NCBI GenBank assembly: GCA_045531695.1
Contig: JAZSEM010000053.1
Coordinates: forward strand, 1,307 to 65,306
Direction: 5' to 3'
Origin: Akkermansia sp.
GTDB lineage: Bacteria; Verrucomicrobiota; Verrucomicrobiia; Verrucomicrobiales; Akkermansiaceae
Length of the DNA: 64,000 nucleotides
The translations under genes and the position numbers were made by a program. The notes under the pieces were generated by a model. The model ran no database searches, was not told where the DNA came from, and saw nothing but the letters and a program-made list of their open reading frames with translations. Shown here piece after piece: positions 30,222 through 38,743 of this stretch; position 1 is the stretch's first letter, and each line of letters begins with the position of its first letter.

Positions 30222-30249
30222 CAGCCGTTACCTTGCGGGGTAACGGCTG
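30222..30249. terminator. Hairpin between convergent genes
   Basis: Stem cagccgttacc / ggtaacggctg. Confidence 0.6.
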
Positions 30250-30255
30250 AGTTCG

Positions 30256-32262
30256 TTATAGGAACTCTCTCGGTGCAGCTGCCGGTATGGCGTACATGAA
30301 TCTGGCACCGTAATATTTGGCTGTTACGCGGGAGTCGAGCAGGGTGATGATGCCGTGGTCGGTCTTGCTGCGGATGAGGCGGCCGATGCCCTGTCGGAAC
30401 TTCAGCAGAGCTTCCGGCAGTGAGTAGTCGCGGAAGGCGTTGCCGCCTCGGGCAGTGATGTCTTCCATGCGAGCCTCGGTGAGCGGGTTGGTGGGGGATT
30501 CAAAGGGAATTTTAGTGACAATGACGTTGGAGAGAGCCTCGCCGGGCACGTCAACCCCGGTCCAGAAGCTGTCTGTCCCCAGCAGCACACTGCCGATATT
30601 CTGCCGGAAGTCGCGCAGCATACGAGAGCGGTCTTGCCCGTCGCCCTGTACCAGCAGGGGCCACCCACGCTCAGTGCAATAGGGGCGCAGTAGCCCGGCC
30701 ATGCGGCGCATGAGGTTGTAGCTGGTAAAGAGCACGAAGGCACGCCCGTCGCTTTCCTCCAGCGAGCGGGTAACCCAGTCAAAGAGGGCGGGTACGTAGG
30801 TGTCCTCCTCCGTAGCCGGAGGGGGTGGGGGCATGCTGCGCGCTACAATCACACGCATCTGCTCAGCGAAGTTGAACGGGCTGCCGATTTGCAGAGTTTC
30901 TGCACTCTCGGCACCTACGCGACCGGCAAAGTAACCCATGCCACGGTCGCCGGTGGAGAGGGTAGCACTGGTGCATATACAGGTGTTACCCGTCTCGAAC
31001 AGCTTTTCGCGCAGCAGGTCGGACACGTTGATGAGGGCTGAGCGCAGGGTGGTGAATTGGCGCTCTTGCCCGCCGGTCTCCGCCCAGTACACTGCGGTGT
31101 CGGCATTGGTGAGTTGGGTCAGTTCCTTTGCAGCAGCTCTGTAGGCACACAGGCGGGCCTGTACGTCCTGCAGTTCGGCGCAGGTGAGCTCGTTCTCCTG
31201 AACCACGGCCATCTCCTTCACTTCGTTTTCCAGTGTGGCGAGCGCGGGGGAGAGTATGTCTTCCGTCCACTCCGGTTGGCGCAGGCGCACGGTACCCTGG
31301 TGTTCATCGACGCGGCAATCCATGCGGGCGCAGCGAAAGAACTCGTCGGTGGCGGTTTGGGCGTCCTCGATGTATTGAATGAGCCGGGGTGTGGCGAGTT
31401 GGCGCAGTCGCCCCTTGCGGGTAACCGGGTTATACAGGCGCAGTAGGTCGTATTTCAGCTCTGCCTCGGGCAGCGAGGTGCCGAACTGGTGGGCGGCAAC
31501 GGTTTCGATGGTGTGCGCCTCGTCCAGTATTACGAAGTCATTGGGGAAGATGAAGGAGGGTATAATCTCGTCATCGTCCGGCAGGGGGGCTTCCTGTCGC
31601 ATTTCATCGGCCAGAGAGAGCAGACCGAAAAAAAGCGTGTGGTTCAGCACGACAACCTGCGCTTCATCCACCCTGCGGCGAGCTGCCTGGTAGGGGCACT
31701 CGGGGCCACAGTTGCGGGGTGTGCAAACGTGGTTTTCGCTGCAGACCTGCGCCCATACCTTGGGGGTGATTTCGAGCTCCTGAGGTAGGTCGGCCAGTGA
31801 GCCTTCTCCACAATCACGGGACCAGGCCAGCAGGTCGTGCAGTTGCTTGGTTTCGGCTTGGTTGAAGAGGTCGGTAGACTGCTCGAGAGCCCTGCGCAGG
31901 CGGGTGCGGCACAGGTAATTGGCTCGCCCTTTCAGCAGGGCCGCGCGAAAATCAACCCCCAGTGCCTTGGCAACAGTGGGGATATCCTTGTGAAAGAGCT
32001 GCTCCTGCAGGTTAATGGTGTGGGTGGATATAACGGCTTTTCTGCCCAGTTCGAGGGCATGGCGTATGGCCGGTATGAGGTAGGCCAGCGATTTGCCCAC
32101 ACCTGTTCCTGCCTCGACCAGCAGGGCTCCGCGGTTCTCGAGCGCAGCAGCTACGGCCGTGGCCATCAGTTGTTGCTGTGGGCGGTACTCAAACCCGCGT
32201 CCGCCGGAGAGTATGCCGGTGGCTGAAAAGTCCTGCTCTGTCTGTTCGATGAGTATGCCCAC
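30256..32262 (-). CDS. dinG: DinG/YoaA-family ATP-dependent DNA helicase
   Basis: EAGTGVGKS, KGRANYLC, four-Cys Fe-S region, DEAH, LFTSY, GVDVPG and QGIGRLIRS motifs. Confidence 0.92.
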   Translation of the reverse strand: MGILIEQTEQDFSATGILSGGRGFEYRPQQQLMATAVAAALENRGALLVEAGTGVGKSLAYLIPAIRHALELGRKAVISTHTINLQEQLFHKDIPTVAKALGVDFRAALLKGRANYLCRTRLRRALEQSTDLFNQAETKQLHDLLAWSRDCGEGSLADLPQELEITPKVWAQVCSENHVCTPRNCGPECPYQAARRRVDEAQVVVLNHTLFFGLLSLADEMRQEAPLPDDDEIIPSFIFPNDFVILDEAHTIETVAAHQFGTSLPEAELKYDLLRLYNPVTRKGRLRQLATPRLIQYIEDAQTATDEFFRCARMDCRVDEHQGTVRLRQPEWTEDILSPALATLENEVKEMAVVQENELTCAELQDVQARLCAYRAAAKELTQLTNADTAVYWAETGGQERQFTTLRSALINVSDLLREKLFETGNTCICTSATLSTGDRGMGYFAGRVGAESAETLQIGSPFNFAEQMRVIVARSMPPPPPATEEDTYVPALFDWVTRSLEESDGRAFVLFTSYNLMRRMAGLLRPYCTERGWPLLVQGDGQDRSRMLRDFRQNIGSVLLGTDSFWTGVDVPGEALSNVIVTKIPFESPTNPLTEARMEDITARGGNAFRDYSLPEALLKFRQGIGRLIRSKTDHGIITLLDSRVTAKYYGARFMYAIPAAAPREFL

Positions 32263-32274
32263 GGTGCCGATGAA

Positions 32275-33048
32275 TTACTGCAGCGGGCGCTCGCCTGTGT
32301 CGGGACGGGCGATGTTGAGCGGCAGGGTGGGGAAGTAGGAGCGCAGCACGTTCACATCAGTATTGCCATCGATGAAGTACCACTTGTTGAGCTGGGTGCC
32401 GCGGTAGTTGCGGTTATTGGTGCTCTGTATGACTTCGTCGCGCACGGCATAGATAAAGTGCTTGCGTTCCACGCGCATGCGACGACCGCTCTCGGTCGGT
32501 ACGCTGTACCACAGTGTCGTGGGCAGAACGACCAGTCGGCTGCGACCGCCCTCCCAACTCATGTGCTCGGCACTGGTCAGGCGCCCCTGACGGCGGGAGT
32601 CGGCCTTTACGCTGCGAATAGCGGCTGCGGAGTGCGGCAGCACATATTCGGCCATGGGGGTGCCTACCACATAGCGCTCGACTTTGAAACCGGCCTGTTT
32701 CATGCGCTGCCCCATGCGCACATACTCATCGCGCAGGGCTCGTATGTTGCGCTCCATGCGACGGCGGGCAACTTCATCACTCTCGCGTGACCCCTCGGTA
32801 CCCATGATACGGCGGGCATTTTCAGCCTCTCTGCGCGGGTCGCGACTGACCAATCTGTCGGCCAGTGTCCATTTGAGGGGCGGGTACATGGAGTCTACGG
32901 CCCAACCCATGTCGCACTCAATGACGGCTCCTTTGTATTCATTGGCCTTCGCCTGAGCCTCGCGCGCTGCGGCACTGACCGGGGTGGCCTCGGCGGTGAG
33001 TGCGCCCAATGCAACGGTCGTCATGATTAGACTGTAAAAGGATTTCAT
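32275..33048 (-). CDS. Hypothetical secreted protein
   Basis: 257-aa ORF with a signal peptide (…LTAEA) and host-like codon usage. No recognised domain. Confidence 0.7.
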   Translation of the reverse strand: MKSFYSLIMTTVALGALTAEATPVSAAAREAQAKANEYKGAVIECDMGWAVDSMYPPLKWTLADRLVSRDPRREAENARRIMGTEGSRESDEVARRRMERNIRALRDEYVRMGQRMKQAGFKVERYVVGTPMAEYVLPHSAAAIRSVKADSRRQGRLTSAEHMSWEGGRSRLVVLPTTLWYSVPTESGRRMRVERKHFIYAVRDEVIQSTNNRNYRGTQLNKWYFIDGNTDVNVLRSYFPTLPLNIARPDTGERPLQ

Positions 33049-33114
33049 GCCTCGAATCTTATCACGCAGACCCTACCATGACAAGCTCAAAGTATGCCTG
33101 CAGATGGACACACG

Positions 33115-33147
33115 AAAAAAAGCGATTTCCTTTCGGAAATCGCTTTT
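33115..33147 (-). terminator. Rho-independent terminator after tRNA-Asp
   Basis: agcgatttcc-tttc-ggaaatcgct stem flanked by A and T runs. Confidence 0.8.
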
Positions 33148-33155
33148 GCAAGGGA

Positions 33156-33230
33156 CGAAGCGGACGGGGCTCGAACCCGCGACCTCAGCCGTGACAGGGC
33201 TGCGCTCTAACCAAACTGAGCTACCGCTCC
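33156..33230 (-). tRNA. tRNA-Asp(GTC), CCA not encoded
   Basis: GGAGCGG…CCGCTTC acceptor stem, CAGCC-CTGTCAC-GGCTG anticodon arm and GGTTCGAGCCC T-loop. Confidence 0.96.
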
Positions 33231-33271
33231 TTGCCTTTGGTTGCTCCCCTTTGTTGGTGGGGTGCGAGGGG

Positions 33272-33300
33272 ATTATACACAATGCTGAGACGTATTGCAA
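33272..33300 (-). promoter_or_regulatory. Sigma70-type promoter of tRNA-Asp
   Basis: TTGCAA-17 nt-TATAAT on the - strand, with phased A/T tracts upstream (33301-33360). Confidence 0.75.
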
Positions 33301-33429
33301 GCTTTTTTTTGTAAAAAGTGCAAAAAAGTGCAAAAAAAGCATAAAAAAGGCTAAAAAGAGCGCATGAAGTGTCTAAAATGGGATGTTTGGCTTGCAGAAT
33401 GGGTGCATTTTTGGTAGCTTAGGGATGGT

Positions 33430-34502
33430 ATGAGGAAACGAGTTCTGTTTATAATGCAGCTGCCACCGCCGGTACATGGGTCGAGTATGGCCGGTGATAT
33501 GATACGGCGGAGCACTCTCATTAATGAGGAGTTCGACTGCCGGTATGTGAATCTCTCTGCCTCTCGCCGGGCTGATGAGGTTTCGAATTATTCGCCTTTG
33601 CGTGTGGTTGGGAAAATGTGGCGTTTTGTGGGAGCTTTGCTTAAAACTGTATGGTACCTGATGACTTTCCGCCCGGAGGTGAGCTATGTGACCATTACCT
33701 GTCATGGTGTGCCGTTTCTGAAAGATGCCCCGTTTGTTCTGTTGAGTCGGTTAGCGGGGTGTAAGATAGTGTTGCACCAGCACAATAAGGGCTTATCTGA
33801 GTGCGTGAGCAAGTTCCCTTACAAATGGCTTATGCCGATTGTGTATCGAGGAGCTACGGTGGTGTTGCTTTCTGAACGTCTCTATGATGATGTTGCGCCT
33901 GTAGTTAAGCGCGAACAAGTTGTAATTTGTCCCAACGGTATTTAAGGCCTATGTTTGAGTTTTTGTTTTTAGGGAACTTGATGGTAGAGAAGGGCGTTCT
34001 CGTTCTTCTGCAGGCGTGTGAAGAACTACGGAAGGAATGCCCCGATTTTATATGCCACTTTGTCGGGGCTGCAAGTATGGATATGGGGCTCGAGGAGTTC
34101 AGAGCTTTGGTTGCGGAGCGCCAACTACAGAGCAATGTGAGGGTTCACGGCCCATTGTATGGTGATGACAAGGATGCCATGCTTGGTAAGGTGGGGGCAT
34201 TAGTGTTCCCAACCTATTACCACAATGAGTGCTTTCCGTTCGTGATTCTTGAGGCAATGAAAGCCGGGTTACCTGTTATCTCGACTGAGGAAGGGGCTAT
34301 CCCCGATATGGTGGTGAGTGGAGAAAGCGGATTGCTGGTGGCCAGGAAAGATAGCATGGCTCTGGCCGGTGCTATGCGCAGCCTGATGGAGAATCCTCAA
34401 CTGGCGTTGAAGATGGGTGCTTGCGGTAAGGCGCACTACGAGGACCGATTTAAGACTGAGCACTTCATTAACACTGTGCGTGACTTACTTCGCCGGGTCT
34501 GA
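33430..34502 (+). pseudogene. Split GT4 glycosyltransferase (N-half 33430-33945, C-half 33927-34502)
   Basis: The N-half (QLPPPVHG…ICPNGI*) and C-half (LFLGNL…EKG…ECFPFVILEAM) are the two Rossmann domains of one GT-B/GT4 enzyme in different frames. Confidence 0.75.
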
Positions 34503-34524
34503 TTTTTACTCATTCTCTTGCAAC

Positions 34525-34557
34525 AAAAAGCCGCTCCCTTTCGGGAACGGCTTTTTT
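34525..34557. terminator. Bidirectional terminator
   Basis: aaaaagccgctccc-tttc-gggaacggctttttt between convergent genes. Confidence 0.8.
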
Positions 34558-34579
34558 AAACTTTCTGTCAGCAGCAGAA

Positions 34580-35068
34580 TCAGGCTTCGGCGGGAGCTTC
34601 CTCCTCTACCTTCTCGCCCTTCACTACGAGCACCACCTTTACGGTAGCGGTCACCTGAGCGTGCAGCTTGGCAGGTACCTCGTAGGTGCCGGACTTCTTG
34701 ATCGGCTTCTCCAGCTCGATGCTGTGGCGGTCGATCTCGATGCCGAGAGCGGCCAGACCATCGGTGATCTGCTGGTTGGTGATGGCGCCGAATACCTTGC
34801 CATTCTCGCCGGCCTCGAGGGTGAGGTTCACCGTGACGGCAGCAATCTTGGCAGCAATCTCCTGGAAGTTGGCCAGCTCGGCGGCCTCGCGCTCAGCGCG
34901 CTTCTTCTGGAGCATGTTGATGAAACGCTGGTTGGCGGGAGTAGCCTCGAACGCAAGACCCTGAGGAATCAGGTAGTTGCGGCCGTAACCAGCCTTCACG
35001 GTAACGAGGTCGGCTTCACAGCCCAGACCTTCGATCTTTGTAGCGAGAATAACTTGCATGTTAGCCAT
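34580..35068 (-). CDS. rplI: 50S ribosomal protein L9
   Basis: MQVIL…VKAGYGRNYLIPQG, KVFGAIT and IKKSGTYEV motifs. Confidence 0.96.
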   Translation of the reverse strand: MANMQVILATKIEGLGCEADLVTVKAGYGRNYLIPQGLAFEATPANQRFINMLQKKRAEREAAELANFQEIAAKIAAVTVNLTLEAGENGKVFGAITNQQITDGLAALGIEIDRHSIELEKPIKKSGTYEVPAKLHAQVTATVKVVLVVKGEKVEEEAPAEA

Positions 35069-35123
35069 AACTCAGTAATTTTGGTTTGGTGAGCGGCTCT
35101 TGTACACCAATCCGGTCTGATTG

Positions 35124-35696
35124 TCAAGAATTTATTTTATCTTTTTTCACCTTCTCGGTCTTCAGTCGGCGTACGAGAATCCAAGCGGCCTTGTCGCCAT
35201 CGGGGCAGAGGGTGCTCACATATTCCCAACCATCAGGTATACCCAAGAGGTTCTCGCAGCGCACCATGCCCTGCAATTCCTGTCCGCTCACGATATCGCT
35301 GCGGAACAGCTCTTCGCTCGTTACCTTGAGGGATGCGTACTCGTACTGTGCCGGTGGTTTCGGTTTCTCAATCTTGTTGAATTGCACCAGTATGACGGCG
35401 GCAATGAAGGCCAGGAATATGCAGCTGAACACCTGTGCTATGGTGCTGCCGGCAGGGGCTGTTGCCTCGGGTTCTTCGTATTGAACTACTTCATCCTCGT
35501 CATTTTTCGGGGCAGGTTTGGGGGCAGATTTCATCTTAATCTGCATCACAACACTGCGGATGGGCAGCCAGGTTTCTGAGTTCTCCCGGCGCACTTTCAC
35601 ATTTTCATTCAGTGCTCCGTTGACATAGTCCGTCACCAGCTCATCTTCAGTTAATGGGCCGTCTGTAATCTCTCCATCAGTATAGTAAAATCGCAT
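35124..35696 (-). CDS. GYF_2 (DUF4339) domain membrane protein
   Basis: FYYTDGEITDGPLT…VRRENSETWLP N-terminal domain, then one TM helix. Confidence 0.75.
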   Translation of the reverse strand: MRFYYTDGEITDGPLTEDELVTDYVNGALNENVKVRRENSETWLPIRSVVMQIKMKSAPKPAPKNDEDEVVQYEEPEATAPAGSTIAQVFSCIFLAFIAAVILVQFNKIEKPKPPAQYEYASLKVTSEELFRSDIVSGQELQGMVRCENLLGIPDGWEYVSTLCPDGDKAAWILVRRLKTEKVKKDKINS

Positions 35697-35791
35697 ACTC
35701 TCCTATACTATGCCTCAAGCTTTTTCATGTCAAGGGGAAAAGGGTGTTGTGGCTGATTTTTCTATATTTTTCTACATTTCTCTTGACTTTG

Positions 35792-35809
35792 TTTCTGAAA
35801 TTTCAGAAA
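35792..35809. promoter_or_regulatory. Perfect 18-bp palindromic operator
   Basis: TTTCTGAAATTTCAGAAA, immediately downstream of a TTGACT -35 box and upstream of the regulator ATG. Confidence 0.75.
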
Positions 35810-35817
35810 ATACGCGC

Positions 35818-36339
35818 ATGCAGCTCAGCGATACACAAATGACCTTTATTCGCCGTTGGGGCGATATGGGTTCACGCTGGGGCATACCGCGCTCAACGGC
35901 TATGCTGCATGGCTTGCTGTATCTGGCTCCGGAGCCGCTGACGGCAGAGCAGATGTGCGAGTTGTTGCAGCTGGCACGTTCGAATGTAAGCACCGGTCTG
36001 CGTGAGCTTGAGAGTTACAACCTTATTTACCGTGAATCCCGCGCGGGGGACAGGCGCAGTTTTTATCGTGCTGAGTGCGATGTGTGGGAAATGGCGCGCC
36101 GTATTTTGGAGGAGCGTCGCCGGCGCGAGACGGGCGGTGCGGTTTCGGCTGTGCAGGATTGCCTGAAAGCTGCGCAGGAGCAGGGGGATGCTCATACCGC
36201 CGCCCGCATGCAGGCCATGAGTGAGCTGTTGCAAACGGCCGAGAATGTGGCGCTTGCTGCACAGCGTTACCCGACTTCTGTCTTCCGCCGTGCCGCTCTC
36301 ATGGGGAGCAAGGTGCTGGCTCTCATAGCGAAACTCTGA
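35818..36339 (+). CDS. GbsR/MarR-family transcriptional regulator
   Basis: FIRRWGDMGSRWGIPRS…LLYLAPEPLTAEQMCELLQLARSNVSTGLREL…GDRRSFY. Likely start 35818. Confidence 0.88.
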   Translation: MQLSDTQMTFIRRWGDMGSRWGIPRSTAMLHGLLYLAPEPLTAEQMCELLQLARSNVSTGLRELESYNLIYRESRAGDRRSFYRAECDVWEMARRILEERRRRETGGAVSAVQDCLKAAQEQGDAHTAARMQAMSELLQTAENVALAAQRYPTSVFRRAALMGSKVLALIAKL

Positions 36340-36361
36340 CTTTAATTTTTTTAGAATAAGA

Positions 36362-36379
36362 TTTCTTAAATTTCAGAAA
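36362..36379. promoter_or_regulatory. Second operator copy (1 mismatch)
   Basis: TTTCTTAAATTTCAGAAA, ending 1 nt before the ATG at 36381. Confidence 0.7.
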
Positions 36380-36380
36380 T

Positions 36381-37307
36381 ATGAAAACAATAGCAATTAC
36401 CGGGGTATTGGGTTACAGTGGGCGTTATGTAGCAGCCGAGGCTGTCAGAAGAGGTTGGCGTGTGATAGGGCTTACCAATTCTGCGGGGAGGTTGCCAAAT
36501 CCCGATGGGTATGAGCTGCGGCCTATGCCTTGGTGCACGCAAGATGATGTGCTGTCGGGGGTGGATGTGCTGGTGAATACTTATTGGGTGCGTTTTTCCT
36601 ATGAGGGCAGGAAGGGCGGGCACGCTGCTTTTAGCCACGATGAAGCCGTAAAGAATACGCTCGCGCTGTTTGCAGCTGCTCAGCGAGCCGGGGTAAGGCG
36701 CGTGGTGCATACTAGTATAACCTGCCCGGATATTGCCGGTGAGTTACCGTATTTCCGTGGTAAAGCCGAGCTGGAGCAAGCGCTGGTCGAGAGCGGCCTG
36801 CCCCACAGCATACTGCGCCCGGCTATTCTGTTCGGCGATACCCCGCAGGAGAGCATTCTTATCAACAATATGGCCTGGAGCCTGCGCCATTTGCCGGCGG
36901 TTGCAACCTTCGGTTGGGGTGATTACTGCCTGCAGCCCATTCATGTGCAGGACTTTGCCGAACTTGCTATGAATGAAGCCGAGCGCTCCGAACCGAGTCG
37001 AATCATCAATGCTACGGGGGTGGAGACATATACCTTCCGAGAACTATGGCGCCTGTTGGCTCGCAGTATGGGGCTGTGGCGTCCCATTCTCCCCGTGCCC
37101 CATGCGGTGGGGTATATGGCTGCCAGATTGTTGGGTGCCTTGGTAGGGGATGTCATGCTCACGCGCGATGAGATTGCCGGCCTGTCTCAGAACCGCCTGG
37201 CTGTTCCCGGTACCGGGCTCGGCTCCCGCCACCTCAGTATCTGGCTGCAACAGCATGCCGCTACTCTGGGGCGTGAATATGCTTCGGAACTTGCTCGCCG
37301 TCAGTGA
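36381..37307 (+). CDS. NAD(P)-dependent epimerase/dehydratase (atypical SDR, NDUFA9-like)
   Basis: ITGVLGYSG, YFRGKAELE, ILRPAILFG and LQPIHVQDFA motifs. Confidence 0.85.
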   Translation: MKTIAITGVLGYSGRYVAAEAVRRGWRVIGLTNSAGRLPNPDGYELRPMPWCTQDDVLSGVDVLVNTYWVRFSYEGRKGGHAAFSHDEAVKNTLALFAAAQRAGVRRVVHTSITCPDIAGELPYFRGKAELEQALVESGLPHSILRPAILFGDTPQESILINNMAWSLRHLPAVATFGWGDYCLQPIHVQDFAELAMNEAERSEPSRIINATGVETYTFRELWRLLARSMGLWRPILPVPHAVGYMAARLLGALVGDVMLTRDEIAGLSQNRLAVPGTGLGSRHLSIWLQQHAATLGREYASELARRQ

Positions 37308-37322
37308 GTTGTGATAAAAACG

Positions 37323-37376
37323 AAAAAATCCGCAATGCGACTGCGAATTTTTCGCAATGGTGTTGCGGATTTTTTT
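37323..37376. repeat. ~54-bp imperfect palindrome, copy 1
   Basis: aaaaaatccgcaa…gcgaa-ttt-ttcgc…ttgcggatttttt. Direct-repeat homolog at 38667-38721. Confidence 0.8.
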
Positions 37377-37385
37377 ATTCCTGTG

Positions 37386-38618
37386 TCAGAGCATGGAAAT
37401 AGGGAAGGCTTTTGCCTTGTTATCCAATGTGTAGGGGCGCTCAGCTGTGCAGAATACAATCCCCGGGTGCAGTTCGAGTTGCCCTGTCGGTATTTTGGAT
37501 GCGTGTCGCAGGTCGGCGATGGTGGGACTGTTGCTGCGCTTTACCTCCATGGGGTAGATTTTTCCATTTTGTATCAGCAGGAAATCGACTTCTGCAGTGC
37601 CTTTGGCATCCCTGAAGAAATAGAGTTGCGGTCGCTTGCCGTTGTGGTTGAAACTGCGCAGCAGCTGGCCGTAGACCCAAGTCTCGAGAATTGCACCGGC
37701 AAAGGGGCTGTTCATGAGGGATTGCGGACTTTGCCAGCCTGCCAGCCACGCGCACAGGCCGGTGTCGGTGAAATAAAGTTTGGGAGTCTTGGTCAGGCGC
37801 TTGATGGAGTTGGCAGAATAGGGGTGCAGCAAGGAGATGATACCTGTGGTTTCGAGCATGGAAACCCACGCTTTTGCCGTGTTGGGGGATACTTCGGCGT
37901 CCCTCGCCAAATCCGTATATACCAACTGCTGCCCACTGCGCATGGCGGCAGATTGCATGAGCTTGAGGAATGCCGCACGATTGCCTACCTGTGCCAGTTG
38001 GTTCACATCGCGTTCCAGATAGGTTCTGACATAGGAGTCAAAAAAGCTGTCGGGTTCCAGCTCCTTATCTTTGCTCAGCACGGGGTAACCACCACGCCAG
38101 ATACGGCGGTAGAGTTCATGTATGTCACAGGGGGCCGTTGATGAGGTATAGCTATTTAAGTCCTCGGGGTCGAAGACCGGGGCTGAGTTCCCCAGCCCCA
38201 GACTTTCTCGCTGCGACAGGCTGTGTAAATCCAGAATTCCGACACGCCCCGCCAGACTTTCACTCACCCCTTCCATGAGATGGAATTGCTGCGAACCTGT
38301 CAACCAATACAGGCCGTTGCTTTTTGCTGCATCCACCTTCATTTTGATGGCGCGCAGCAGCTCCGGAGCGTACTGAATCTCGTCGATGAAGAGGGGCGCC
38401 TTGTGCTCCTCAAGAAATCCCATGGGGTCTCGCTTCGCTTCGGCTGCCAGAATATAGTCATCCAGAGTCACGTAGTTCATGCCAGTCGGCAGAAGTTCCT
38501 CGAACAATGTGGATTTACCCACTTGTCTCGCGCCCGTGAGCAGGACACAGGGATAGTGCTCCGACATGTATTTCACACGAGCGGAAGCTGTTCGCGGATA
38601 ATATGTAAGACTCTCCAT
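37386..38618 (-). CDS. AAA_14 ATPase with C-terminal DUF4143 (PD-(D/E)xK-like) domain
   Basis: GARQVGKST Walker A, FIDEIQ Walker B, TGSQ, SLAGR, KLYFTDTGL and EVDFLL…EVK motifs. Confidence 0.9.
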   Translation of the reverse strand: MESLTYYPRTASARVKYMSEHYPCVLLTGARQVGKSTLFEELLPTGMNYVTLDDYILAAEAKRDPMGFLEEHKAPLFIDEIQYAPELLRAIKMKVDAAKSNGLYWLTGSQQFHLMEGVSESLAGRVGILDLHSLSQRESLGLGNSAPVFDPEDLNSYTSSTAPCDIHELYRRIWRGGYPVLSKDKELEPDSFFDSYVRTYLERDVNQLAQVGNRAAFLKLMQSAAMRSGQQLVYTDLARDAEVSPNTAKAWVSMLETTGIISLLHPYSANSIKRLTKTPKLYFTDTGLCAWLAGWQSPQSLMNSPFAGAILETWVYGQLLRSFNHNGKRPQLYFFRDAKGTAEVDFLLIQNGKIYPMEVKRSNSPTIADLRHASKIPTGQLELHPGIVFCTAERPYTLDNKAKAFPISML

Positions 38619-38666
38619 AACCTGACAGTATTATGGCAGTATGGAGGAGCTCTGTCAAGTAAAAAT

Positions 38667-38721
38667 GGAAAAATCTGCAATGCAACTGCGAATTTTTCGC
38701 AATGGCGTTGCAGATTTTTCC
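38667..38721. repeat. ~55-bp imperfect palindrome, copy 2
   Basis: ggaaaaatctgcaa…gcgaa-ttt-ttcgc…ttgcagatttttcc. Confidence 0.8.
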
Positions 38722-38743
38722 GTTTGTGCGCTAAGTGATTGAT

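Noticed and set aside
33156-34502. Genomic island integrated at tRNA-Asp
   Set aside because: The foreign-looking glycosyltransferase lies on the 5' side of the tRNA, and there is no integrase or duplicated tRNA 3' end.
37323-38721. Classical integron attC sites
   Set aside because: No clear RYYYAAC/GTTRRRY core and no integron integrase in the window.
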